A stretch of DNA of 63,681 nt, the filler included, from Guillardia theta CCMP2712 (lineage: Eukaryota; Protista; Cryptophyta), in the NCBI RefSeq assembly GCF_000315625.1. It is 4 parts of 4 records of this genome, joined end to end, with 100 filler letters (N's around TTAATTAATTAA, not from the genome) between each part and the next. Parts side by side here need not be neighbours in the genome. Positions count along the whole stretch, not along the records: positions 1 to 27,990 come from NW_005434598.1; 3 more parts are not named here. The stretch is one strand, 5' to 3'. The position numbers were made by a program, and so were the translations under genes. The stretch's first letter is position 1. Every line of letters begins with the position of its first letter. This document shows positions 13,390 to 24,756 of the stretch, piece after piece. The notes below the pieces were generated by a model, which did no database searches, had not been told where the DNA came from, and saw only the letters and a program-made list of their open reading frames with translations.

Positions 13390-15655
13390 ATGGTTTGGCA
13401 CGGTGTCTATTCCTGCGGGCACGGAGCAGGAGGGAGGCTGGGGCTGAATGACGAGCGAGCTAGGACAGCCTTCACAGGACCTCTAGGCACGCTCCAAGAT
13501 GTTGAGGTGAAGAGCCTCGCGTGCGGCGGGAAGCACAACCTGCTGCTGAGCAGAGCAGGCAAGGTGTACTCTTGGGGATACAACGACAGCAGGCAGACAG
13601 GACACGGAGTCGAAGACCTGTCGGATTGGGAGCCAAGATGGATCAGAGCTCTTGAGACAGTCAAGGTTGTGCAGGTGACATGATGACGATGTTATTGAGA
13701 TTGAAGGTGTTGCTCTCTTTGCTGATGCTTGTGATGGTCAGATTGCAGCTGGAGAAGATCATTCCGTCGCCCTCACCGATCGGAGCGAAGTATTCACGTA
13801 AGATGCGGTGTCATGCTCTACAAGATGGCATGTCTCCCTCTCACTCGAACTGCCGTGTCTTGCTGTCTCTCGTCTGACAAGCTGTGATCTTGCTCCCGTC
13901 TGACAAGCTTTCGTCTTCAGCTGGGGAAGGGGTCTACATGGTCAGCTCGGGCACGGGGACGTGAGTGACGTTTGGTTCCCTTTCCTTGTCAAGGGGCTGC
14001 AGGTGGAGGACAGCTCGCTGCTGCTGCTTGCTGAGCCTCTGGTTTCAGGGCAAGGGGATCAAGAGCATCGGCTGTGGGTATGAAAACACTTTCGCCATCA
14101 CTGGGACTGGCAAGGTGCTGGGGTTTGGATCAGCAGCATCTGGAAAGTTGGGCAACGGAGATGTAGATGGAGGGATCGGGGGAAACGTCTATCTCCCAGT
14201 TCAGCTCAAGTCACTTGCGAAGTTTACCATCATTCAAGCTACAGGAGGAAAAAACTTTTCAATGTTCCTCAGTCATACCGGACAGCTTTACAGCGTCGGC
14301 TATGCAGCCAACGGTCAACTTGGGATCCCCTTCGAAGAAGTGGAGAGCCTGAACCTGCCGTACACGGGGACGATGCAGGAGGTGTCGCACAAGGGCGTCT
14401 TCGTCAAGTATGTGTCGTGTGGCGACAGCCACTCGCTCGCCCTCTCTGAGGACGGGATCGTGTACTCGTGGGGGAGCGGTATCAACTGGGCGCTGGGGCA
14501 CGGAGGAACAGAGGACACGTTCACCCCGAAGATGGTGGCGATGCTGGAAGCAGATCCCTGCGTTTCAGTTTCAGCTGGAGGATACCATTCAGCAGCGGTG
14601 TCTGCAACGGGGAGGATCTACACGTGGGGGCGGAACTTTGTCGGGCAACTTGGAACAGGTCAGAACATTGACGACCATTCGGCTGACCACGTTCAAAGGC
14701 TGCCGACGAGAGTCATTCTCAAGGGAAGTGTGGATTCTTCGGAGATGGCAATGCGAGTAGGGTGCGGTCAATGCCATACGATCTTGCAGGTCTGTGTTGT
14801 CGAAACTTGTCGGTGAGGTGTGAGGTGACGTGTTGGGGTGACAGACTGCACTGAAGGGAGACGAGCCGGAGCAGAAGAAGGAAGCAGCGAAACAAGCTGA
14901 GCCCATGAAGGTGGAGGAGAAGCACAAGAAGGAGGAAGAAATCGCCCCACCTGTGGTGGCCCCAACGGAAGAGAAGGAGCCAGAGAAGGTGCAGGTGAAG
15001 AAACAATTCCTCGACCTCGAAGTCGAAGTTGTCAGCGGCCACCGGCTGCTCGCGTCTGACAAGCGAGGGACGTCTGATCCCTACTGCAAGGTCGGAACCG
15101 TCGGAGAGAAGCGACTGGGTCATGACCTGATTCCGCAGATTTCGATCAAGGAAGGTCGAGTCAAGCAGAAGTTCAAGACCAAGGCAATCAGCAAGACGCT
15201 GAATCCGCACTGGAACGAGAAGTTTCTCTTCAAGGTGTGGAGTGACGGGATGATTTCAGTCTGTTTGCCCACGTGATGGTGGCAGGGCTGCTGCAATCGT
15301 ATCGCTATCGAAGGGGATCCGCGCATGGGCGAGGAGGGCAGGATGAAGAACCTCAACTGGGACCTCAAGCTCAAATTGTCCTGCCTTGACCAGGTCAGTG
15401 CAGGAGAAAAGCTTGCTTTCATTCTTATTGACAGCCGTTGATGAAGGACTCGATGGGGGAGGACGAGAGCCTGGGAGTACTCTTTGTTCCCCTTGCGGGG
15501 TTGAGAATCAACAAGAAGAGAGACATCAAGGCACGGAAAAAGCTATGGCAGGCAGCGACTCTGACTAGGTGCCGCAGGTGCCGCTGGCTCCTAAGCTGGA
15601 GGGTCAGGTAGTGAGTGGAGAGATAAGGCTTCGACTGCTGTTGAAAGATGAATGA
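13390..15655 (+). CDS. RCC1-repeat beta-propeller protein with C-terminal C2 domain
   Basis: Repeats VYSWGYNDSRQTGHG, SCGDSHSLALSEDGIVYSWG, SAGGYHSAAV...IYTWGRNFVGQLG. C2 motifs LLASDKRGTSDPYCKV, KTKAISKTLNPHWNEKFLF, VSGEIRLRLLLKDE*; stop 15653-15655. Confidence 0.88.
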
Positions 15656-15690
15656 AGTTGAGAGCGGGGGATAGAGTCACTTCAACGCCC

Positions 15691-16896
15691 TCAGTCCTTC
15701 TTGCTCAACTGATACAAGTCGCCGGCGACATCCACCAGCCCTGCTCCTGCATGTCAAACGAGGAAGAAACGAAGAAGCTCCACCTGCTCCTGTGTAGGAA
15801 GAAACCATGCGCACAGCCTTGACGCACTTGGAGTACCTGTGGCCTGATCAGCTTGAGAAGCAGCGCGGCGGTCTGATCACCGCTCTATCTCTTGCAAGAT
15901 AAGCGCATGCCTCCTCGCTAAGTCTTCGGGCTTGACGAGATCGCACTTGGTCAAGATGATCTGGAAGGAGACCCGAGCGTCGTCAAGTCGCTGCATGAAG
16001 TCCTTGTCGTTCTGTTTGACTCCATGCCTTCCGTCGATGATGAGGAAGACTCGCTTCATCTTCCTGGTCTGGATGTACTGGTCTATCAGCACTTTCCAGC
16101 CCGCCATCTTCTGCTCATTCGCAAACGCGAACCCGTAGCCGGGCATGTCCACCATCATCAAACGGCGAGGAAGCACATAGAAGTTGAACTGGAGCAAACA
16201 AGATGAGACCAGACAGGAAGCAAGCATGGCATCAGCTCAACCTGCTGTGTCATTCCTGGCTTGTCTGAGGACCTTGCTGTCGTTGACAAGGTCAGTGCGT
16301 TGATGATCGACGACTTGCCCACGTTGCTCCTCCCACAGAAGGCAACCTCAGGCAGCGTCATGGGCGGCATGGATGACATGACCGTCGCTCCCGCCACGAA
16401 GGTGAGCTTGTCCTTCTTGCCCTGACCGATCAGCTCGACCAGTTGAGGAGACAGGTCAGTATAGAGAGGAGGGCGAGAAAACCCCTTGAATCTCTTCTCC
16501 TGCTCAACCTGATCTTTGTTTCCCCTGTGCGCTTTTCGGACCGCAGATCCCATAGGCAGGCAGATACCTCCTTGCACGATCTTGCGCAGGACATTCTGAT
16601 CAATGTTGATCTGTCGAAACTTGGCGCGATTGCTCAGCTCTTGGCTTCCTTCGACTTCACCTTCAGCTCCTCCCTTTTGCCCTGATCTCATTGGTGTTTT
16701 ACTTCTTTCTGTTCCTGTCGCAAGATGCCTTGTCGCGATCATGCCGGAGCCTCTGCTGGCGTCGAAGGTAGAGATCATGGAGAATCCGAGAGGTACTGAT
16801 GTCCTTCTCCCCCTGCACCACGGCAGGGCAAGGATCTTGGAAAGCTGCGCAGCGTCTCTTGTGTTGGTCGGACAAGAAGGTGAAGAGGCGGAGGAC

Positions 16897-16928
<32 letters not shown>

Positions 16929-17042
16929 GGAGGAGGAGAGAGCTCTTCTGCTGAAAGCGCATGGCAGGAGGGGCTGGTACGCTCGCGCAAGCATGAGGCT
17001 GTTCACCAGCATGCCGAAGAGCCGCATCGACCCGGCCGCCAT
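15691..17042 (-). CDS. engB: EngB/YihA/YsxC-family ribosome-biogenesis GTPase with organelle-targeting presequence
   Basis: LPEVAFCGRSNVGKSSIINAL (G1), DKPGMTQQ (G2), DMPGYGFA (G3), LIIDGRHG, ILTKCD (G4); hydrophobic plus poly-Ser N-terminal extension. Confidence 0.9.
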
Positions 17043-17434
17043 GGAGGGAAAGTGCGATTTTAACCGGTTCAGATCTGCAGTAAATGGGGGCCGTCGCGCC
17101 GTCCCGGGCCGCCGGGGCCGCGGCCCAGCCCGAACGGAGTTTCAAGATCCGAGTGTCAGTGTGCTAGTCTCGCCGCCACTCAACACTGACGGTGTGTGCA
17201 TGCTGCAGCGCTGATGCAGCTGAGCAGTCCCGGGAGTCCGGCCGCCCAGGGCCGGGCCGCGCGACCGTGACTACGTACCGGGCCCGGCGCGCTGCCCTGA
17301 GTCAGATTTCGGCGCGGCTCAGCGCCTGAACGTTAATGGCCCCGGCCGATGATCAGAACAGTTTATCGCACATGAACTTGAACACTGAAACTACTGTACA
17401 CCATCGGAAGTATCGGACGACAACGACTGAGATA

Positions 17435-20400
17435 TCAGAGCGCGAACGTCTGTCGGAATTCAAACCCAAACTTGCCAACTTCATCTCTGACGGCACAGTC
17501 AACACACTCAGAGCCGTACACGCTCTGCAGCACGACGTAGACGAACTCAGACAGCATGTTCAAGTAGTTGGCCTCGCTCGCATGACTCTCGCTCATGCAC
17601 GCTCTTCCGTACCCCTCGCAGTGGCACCAACCGGAACCACATCGATTGTGAATGAAGCTTGAGATGGTGTTGACGCCGAAGTTGACCTCCTCCTCCTCCT
17701 CTCCTTCCCGTCGCATCTCTTCACAGAAGTCTCTCAACCCTCGAGACAGCCTCATCCCACTCTCAAGCAAACTTTTGCACGTGTGGTTGAACTTTCTCCC
17801 TGTGTTGCGCAGCCAGCAAACTCTCCTGCCGCAAGCGGTGTCTTCACGCAGCCTCGCCAGCTCTTCCTTGCTCCTCCTCGCAGGATGTTGATGGTACATC
17901 CTCGTCAGCCCCGCTGCTGTCAGCCTGGGTCGGTCGAAGAACACGTGCTTTCCCTCTCTCCCCTCCCTGTCCCAACTCATCTGCAAGACTCCGTCGAGAG
18001 CAGCGACGGGCATGTTCATGCGCGCGGGCGCAGCGTTGCTGTCAGCCTGGAAGAGGAGGAGGTAGAGGAACGAGAACCCTCCCGTATCGAGCTCGAAGGT
18101 CTGGCTGGACGGATCGAACCTGTTGAGAGCAGGAACGTCGAATGTGGGGTCGATGAAAGGAGGTGACTTGTCGGTCTACAAGGATCATCACATACATCAG
18201 ACAACACTGAGTGAAAATCTCTGTGATGATCAAAAGGAGAGGGATGAGAAGGAGGAAGGAGGAGGGAAAGGAGGATGAAGAGGACAAGGAAACAGTGACG
18301 GCAGCGGAGGCAGCGGCGGAGAGGAGGGGAAGGGTTTTGAGTTGAAGGTTGAAGGAGCAGCAGCAGCGCTAGCAAGCTGTTCACCTCAGAATGGCGGAAG
18401 AAAGCGTCGATGGTATCAAATGCTGAAGTATTATCAGCCTCGTGCTCGTGGGGCTTCATGGGACTAGTCGCTCCTGGGAGGAAACTAAGCAGAGAAGGAG
18501 CAGGCATGCTAGAGAGGTTGAAGAGCATGATATCTGAATCCATATGCCAGTAGCAACGAAACTCTCGCTCCCTTCGCATCCTTTCCTCGTCCTCGTCCTC
18601 CTTCACTTTGTTCTTGCCAATTTCTTCATCCTTCTCAATCGGAGGCTTGCTGTTCTCTTCATGACATTTCTTCCAACGCCTCCCGACTATGGCACAGTCA
18701 TCTCGCATGAGATCAGCGACCTGCGAAGTCGGCATGAGCAAAGCATGCGGACGAGGAGGGAGGGAGGGAGAAAGGGAGGGAGGGAGGGAGAAAGGGAGGG
18801 AGGGAGAAAGGGAGGGAGGGAGGGAGGGAGGGAGGGAGGGAGGGAGGGAGGGAGGGAGGAGCAAGAGGAACCGAGAAGTGACGCCATGGGAATACATCCG
18901 AGTGCAGCAGGAGAACAACATCCTTGCGATGGTGACGCAGAACTCGCCTGTGGAGGGGGAAGGAAGGGGGGGGGGAGGGAGGGAAGGAACATCAGAGGTT
19001 GCATCCTCCCTCCCTCCCTCCCAACCTGCTCCAGATCCAGTCCATGGCCACAGCATGGCACAAGGAGGAGCTGAGCCAGTGGTAGCCCGAGCTAGTCCGA
19101 AGCGCGCGATCGCAAGGGAGAGAGAGAAAGTCCAGCTCGACCCCGAGGGATTGGCAGACAGCCCGTAGACGAGGAACCCTGAGAAGGAGGTGAGAAGGGA
19201 GGAGGAGGGGAAGGAGAAGGGAGAGGGGAGAGGAGAGGAGAGAAGAAGAGAGAAAAGATCATTCATCAAGATTCAATCTGTTCACCCGCGCAGAAACTCT
19301 TGATGCAAGGGGTCCATGTTCAACACGGCGACAAACTTTACATGCTCTTTGCAAAACTTTCTCCATAGTTTGACCTGTTCAAGACAACCTCAACGGACAC
19401 ATTTGGTATACTGTGTGATCGAACTCAACTCACTTGGAAGATTAGATCTGTGGGGTCTACCGTGACGAAGGTGTAGGCTATGATAGCTTGTTCATGATCA
19501 ACATTGCCAGGAGTCATGACGACTTCGCAAGTTCCGCTCTCATTGCCCTCTGACATGTTGACCGATAAAAACCTCGTTTCTTCAACTCCCCTACAAGACA
19601 AGGGGACATCTCCTTCCTTGTCATCCCAGGGATCATCAAAGTTTGAATTCAGGGCATGCAGCTCATTCAAATGTTCACTTGAGAAGGAATTTCTCGTTAA
19701 CACCTTGGAATTGTTCCCAAAGGAATGTAAAGGATCGCTCAGGTACTGATGGCATGCAGTTGCTGCAATCTCGTCTCTGAAAATGACACCAGCCTTCAAT
19801 CCAGCATGCAGCCCCAGCATTTCTACACCGTCAACATTCAGCACCACCAGCACGATTGAAACTTCGTTTCTTTTTCCTTCGAACACTTCCCCTCCTTCCT
19901 GCAAGACCTCTCGAAGGTTCGCAATCTCAACCCTGCTCGAGTTTAGCCTCGAGTGCAGATGGTTGTTTACATACATGTTCACACCCGCAAACTGATCGCC
20001 CTCAAAGTTTGCATAGCAATCAGGAACTCCAGAATTGCACAAGACAAGCCCGAAGTTTACAATTAAGGGACAGTTTGGAGTCACAACGACAGGATCCTGA
20101 GAAGAAGGATGGAAAATCTTCATCATGGGGGTATCGAGGTTCAGCTCTACTTCGTCTATGCAGACCCTGGACCGATGCGTCTCATCCTCACTTGCGGTGT
20201 AGAGGATGATGGAGATGGAGACTTGCGCCCTCCACAGCCCATCCACTCGGAAGACTGTAGTCGCTTCCTTGGCCCTGCCTTCTGCTACATGGTCCGCAAC
20301 TTGAACTCGCATAGTGTATTCCCTCGACATTGCTCCTTCCACCTGAACAGCAACATTGAAAGGGGTCGCAATGGCCAGCAGCCTAGAATCTCTTGGAGAG

Positions 20401-20666
20401 AGGATGCGGCAACGAGGAGCATCGGCTGCTGGTACGTGCGTGACCTTCTGCCTCCATCGGGCTAACTCCCGTGCCCCTACATCGCCCCCATCTCTTTCAG
20501 ACGTTCTCTCCCGTTCTTCGACGTGGCTGCCGACAGCAGCCGTCTCGGCATTGGCATAGCGTACTCCCAAAACCACGAGAGTCGACACAGTGATCATTAA
20601 CCACCACATCATCGGTCTTGACCTGCGTCGAGGCCGACATTTTCTTCGACCCCAAACCGTGTCCAT
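17435..20666 (-). CDS. Large signal-anchored protein, possible DxD glycosyltransferase (multi-exon; could be more than one gene)
   Basis: Basic N-terminus plus hydrophobic segment (WWLMITVSTLVVLGVRYANA); long exon 19425-20666; downstream exon CYWHMDSDIMLFN (DxD-like); Cys-rich terminal exon ending 17435. Confidence 0.55.
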
Positions 20667-23424
20667 CAGCTTTCATGGCACCTTGTGAATGATCTGTAAT
20701 CGGGGAAAGCTTGATATCATACAGTATGAATTGCCTGCTTCCCTCAGTCTCATGATCCTGTTAATCATACCCAACAAACCAACAACAGTCGGTCAATAGC
20801 GATACCTACAAGTTACCATCCCGCCGAAGTGACAAGTCACATACCATGTGTCTTTTGCCTCTTCATCATACTTATTTCCTCACACGATCTAAACATCTTT
20901 CAACCGCCTAAACATGTTTCAACCCTTACCCATCATACACATGCTCTCGCATCTTCACTTCTTTTTTTTAAAACAAAAAAATCATCATTTTACAATCAAG
21001 TTTCAGCTCGCCTCAGAACTACAAAGGCAGCAAAAGATTCATAGCCTTTCAGATCGCTGTCCTTGTTGATCGTAAGGTGACTTTACCACACACTCTCTGG
21101 TTTATCGCCCCCCATTTCAAAACCTTAAAACAGCAGTAGTAAAAAGTAGTAAAGCAACCAAAAGTTCCGTTCCCCCCACCCCCACCCCCGGCACCTCTCC
21201 CTGTCCATACACCGGTCCGAGTTTAACTTTGAACTGTACCCCCACCCCAGGATTGAACCTAATAATATCACCATTAGATGATTGATCAGTACCGGTGGTC
21301 AATAGGTAAGTTTCCCTGTACCCCTCCCGTCTTTGTTAAAATCGGAGAACGGTTCCGTGTTGTGGAGAGGTTTTGTAGTCAATATACATTTTTATAGTCA
21401 AGACGATAAAAAAAAAACATGCTCATAGTCAAACTCTTCTGAGATCTGTAGGGTCGTAGTCAATTGAGGTACGAATCTTGATACAAGCAACTTTTAAAAG
21501 TCATTTTATCAACTTAAAATGATGTTTTAAAACGTAGCCTTTCAGGGAGCGTACAGTAGTTGAGGGGGTGGGGGTGCATACAGTGGGTAGTTCGGACTCA
21601 TCGTGGGGGTCAAATGACTTGGAGGGTTAACTTTCCCATGGTCTTGATATGGGTGGGTGTACCAACTGTGGGCAGCGGAAGGGAGCCGTCATTTACAGGG
21701 GGTGGTGGTACGTTGAGGGTAAAACACAGGGGTATATCCCCCAGACACTGATAGTGAAAAATGGGGTAGGTATCCAGGTGTGAGTACAAAACATGCATTT
21801 GGTAGGCGGTAGGGTTATGACTAGGGTACCTGGATCAGGGAGAAGAGGGGTAGGGGTTATTCCTGTACGACTTCTTCCTGGCCTCCAACTGACCTTCAAG
21901 GTGATCTGATGAGGGGTACAAAGTCATATCAAGACAGGGGGTGGGGGTTATAGCGGGGGGACTGAAACACACAACGATCCAGGATTTGCCGTTTCTTCCA
22001 CTACAAGGTTCCATAGTCAATATATAAGCACCCACCCCTGTCAAGATCATCGGATCCTATACAGAAGTACCCGTCCAGCAGGAATGAAACTGTTAGGACC
22101 AACCCTCGTATTCAACAAGCATGCTGATACATTTGTACGGGTCCTTCTACTGGTCTCATCTCATACCCCCACCTGTTCAGCAACTTTTACATACAGAAGT
22201 ACCGGTGGTGAGATATTGACAATAACCACAGCAACTGCATTTGACCACCAATCGATGACCCCCCACCCTCCCCCTCTCCTTTATCCTCCCATCCTCGGAA
22301 TTATTGACCCTACTTGAGAACCACACCCGTCACTTCCTACGCCCACCCCCTCTCTTCTACATCTTCTGCTCACCCACCCCTTCACTTTACACCCGTTCGT
22401 CACCCCACCCTATCCAAACTCCATCCACGCCTTTCATTTTACCCCTAGGGTCCTCCACCCCCTCATTAGCAATTGCGCCTAGACTAGACCGGTGTCATCC
22501 CAATTAACACGCCTTTTTGAGTTTTGTACCCCTACCCCTCGTTATCGATCGTTGCCTTCATACGTAGCCATATTTGTACCCGCACCTCCTTCCGAAGGCT
22601 GAAAGTACCCACCTCTGGCATATGCTGTCTTTGGAATTCGATTGCTCACCCCCTCGTCCATACCTCCTACCCCTTCAATATTTTCAAAACACAGCTCGTT
22701 TCACATCACACCCCTTCTCGGCATAGGGAATGACCCCCTACTTTTAACACGCCTGAGGAGGCAAACGGGACCACCCCCGTTTGCAGGATCTGGCTTGGTA
22801 TGCAACTTCCTCTACCCACCCTATTTCGAATACACCCCTTCCTGATAACCCCTACCCCCAAGATAGGACCCCCCTGTACATCTATCCCCCCCGCCTTTTC
22901 TTCCCTCGCTACCGCCCCTCCGCTCCCTCCCTCTCCTAATTTCCCTCTCTCCGCTCCTCCTCCCCACCCTCCCTCCGTTCATCCCTCCGCCTCTCCCTCC
23001 CCCACACTACTGATTACTCACCCATCTTGTTTCCCTTCCGTCTCTGTCCATTCAACCAGCTAGTTGAGTTCAAGACTCGGCAGGATCAGATCAAACTTCA
23101 GCACTTGGCTTGTATACAACTGTAAAATTGGGGATCAAACTGCAAACTTTCGAAGGCAACGAATTTCAGCAATAGATCAATACGAACAGTCTTGCTTACA
23201 CTGTAGATTCTCGGAAAATTTTTTCAGGCTTCAATTCTGTTCATCACTCGCTCTGCCAACTCTCGATCGGGTTGCATCAAAGTCTTCTGCGAAAATTCTT
23301 TTCTCTCTTGAATGTGTTGAACTCACTGAGGACAAAAGGTAAGAGTCACACTGCAATTTTCCAAGATTCTCTAACGATTCGGACAGGTCTGCTTACTCAT
23401 TGCTGTTCCAACAAGATAGAAACC

Positions 23425-24702
23425 ATGCATACCCCTCAACGTCTCACCATCGGTAAGTCTCGATCTCCGTGTGCTACTCAATCGCCTGACCTTGTCTCGG
23501 CAGCCGTCGAAAACTCGCCGCACATCAGCTTTCAGATGTCCAACATGCGGCTTGCTCAGAATTCTCCTGACTCGCTGGCCTCGCAAGCTACCACAGGTAT
23601 CAGACTCTTGTTCCTGCCTATCGTATCAGTCTGCTGACCTGAGACTCCAGCCGATCTCTCTCCACATGGAGACATGGACTGCGACATCTCTCCTAACTGC
23701 GTTGGTTCCATCTCCCTCCAACTCGACGACATCCACAATCAGACCTGCGACGCGACGGATTACTTCGACCAAAGGAGGGACAGCCTCTGCAGCGACGGGC
23801 ATGCAGAAAACGCCAGGGCCCCACAACGAGGGGTGACGCGGATTCTCTCGGAGGAGGAAGCATCTTGCGAATCACCAGAGCGCAAGAAGATCAAAGGAAA
23901 CAAGAGACCTCTCGCCGGCAACTCCTTCCGCAATCAGCGATCCCTGTCCAACTTTGAGCCGCGAAGCAAGCGAGCGCATTCGCCAGTCCGCCGCTGCCTG
24001 TCGCAGAACGACATTGGAGAGCCATCGACACCCAAGAGAAGGCTGGATGTTTTTACTGACAACGACGTCGAGTGCAACATTAGCGTTGACCTGGTGGCGG
24101 GAATAGCGAGGGGCGAAGACAAGTATCGCAAGATGTATGACAAGGTGATCATTGTCGATTGCCGTTATCGGTACGAGTATGAGGGAGGGCACATCCATGT
24201 GGAGCCGGACCTGGATGGATGGCTAGAGGTGATCCATTTTACTCCCTGCCAGCACAAAGCAGCGATCAACTACTTGTTTCCAAGCGATTCGGAGCATGTT
24301 GTCTGGAACGATCGTGTTTGCCTGATCTTTCACTGCGAGTACTCTCAGAAGCGAGGACCAGCCATGCTTAAGAGCATTATTGAGCATGATCGCAAGATGA
24401 TGGGCGAAGAGCGATACCCTCTGGTACATTACCCTGAAACTTACGTCATGGGCAAGGGCTACAAGGAGTTCTTCCTCAAGTACAAGGAACTGTGCAACCC
24501 TCAGACTTATATCCCTGAGAATGATCCTCGTTTCACCGACATGTGCAAACAGGCGACCCGACAAAGAAAGATGTCTAAGAAGGGTATGGTGGACCGAGAC
24601 AGGTTCGAGAGGATCTCCCCTTCTCCTTCCTCCCCGGCAAATGTCACAAGGAGCCTGGGGCTGCACTTTGAGACGGTTCATCCGTGCAGCGCGGATGATT
24701 AG
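23425..24702 (+). CDS. CDC25: Cdc25-type dual-specificity phosphatase (rhodanese fold) with N-terminal regulatory region
   Basis: IIVDCRYRYEYEGGHI, LIFHCEYSQKRGP (HCx5R), DR...YPLVHYPETYVMGKGYKEFF, LCNPQTYIP. The upstream exon from ATG 23425 splices in phase to ADLSPHGDMDCD. Confidence 0.92.
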
Positions 24703-24756
24703 AACATTGTTTATTTGTAAATTTGAATGCAATCATATCTGTCCCAGCAGCCCCTC

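Noticed and set aside
21100-22900. Transposon or viral ORF in the long intergenic region
   Set aside because: Only short ORFs; no RT, integrase, transposase or capsid motifs, and no terminal repeats recognised.
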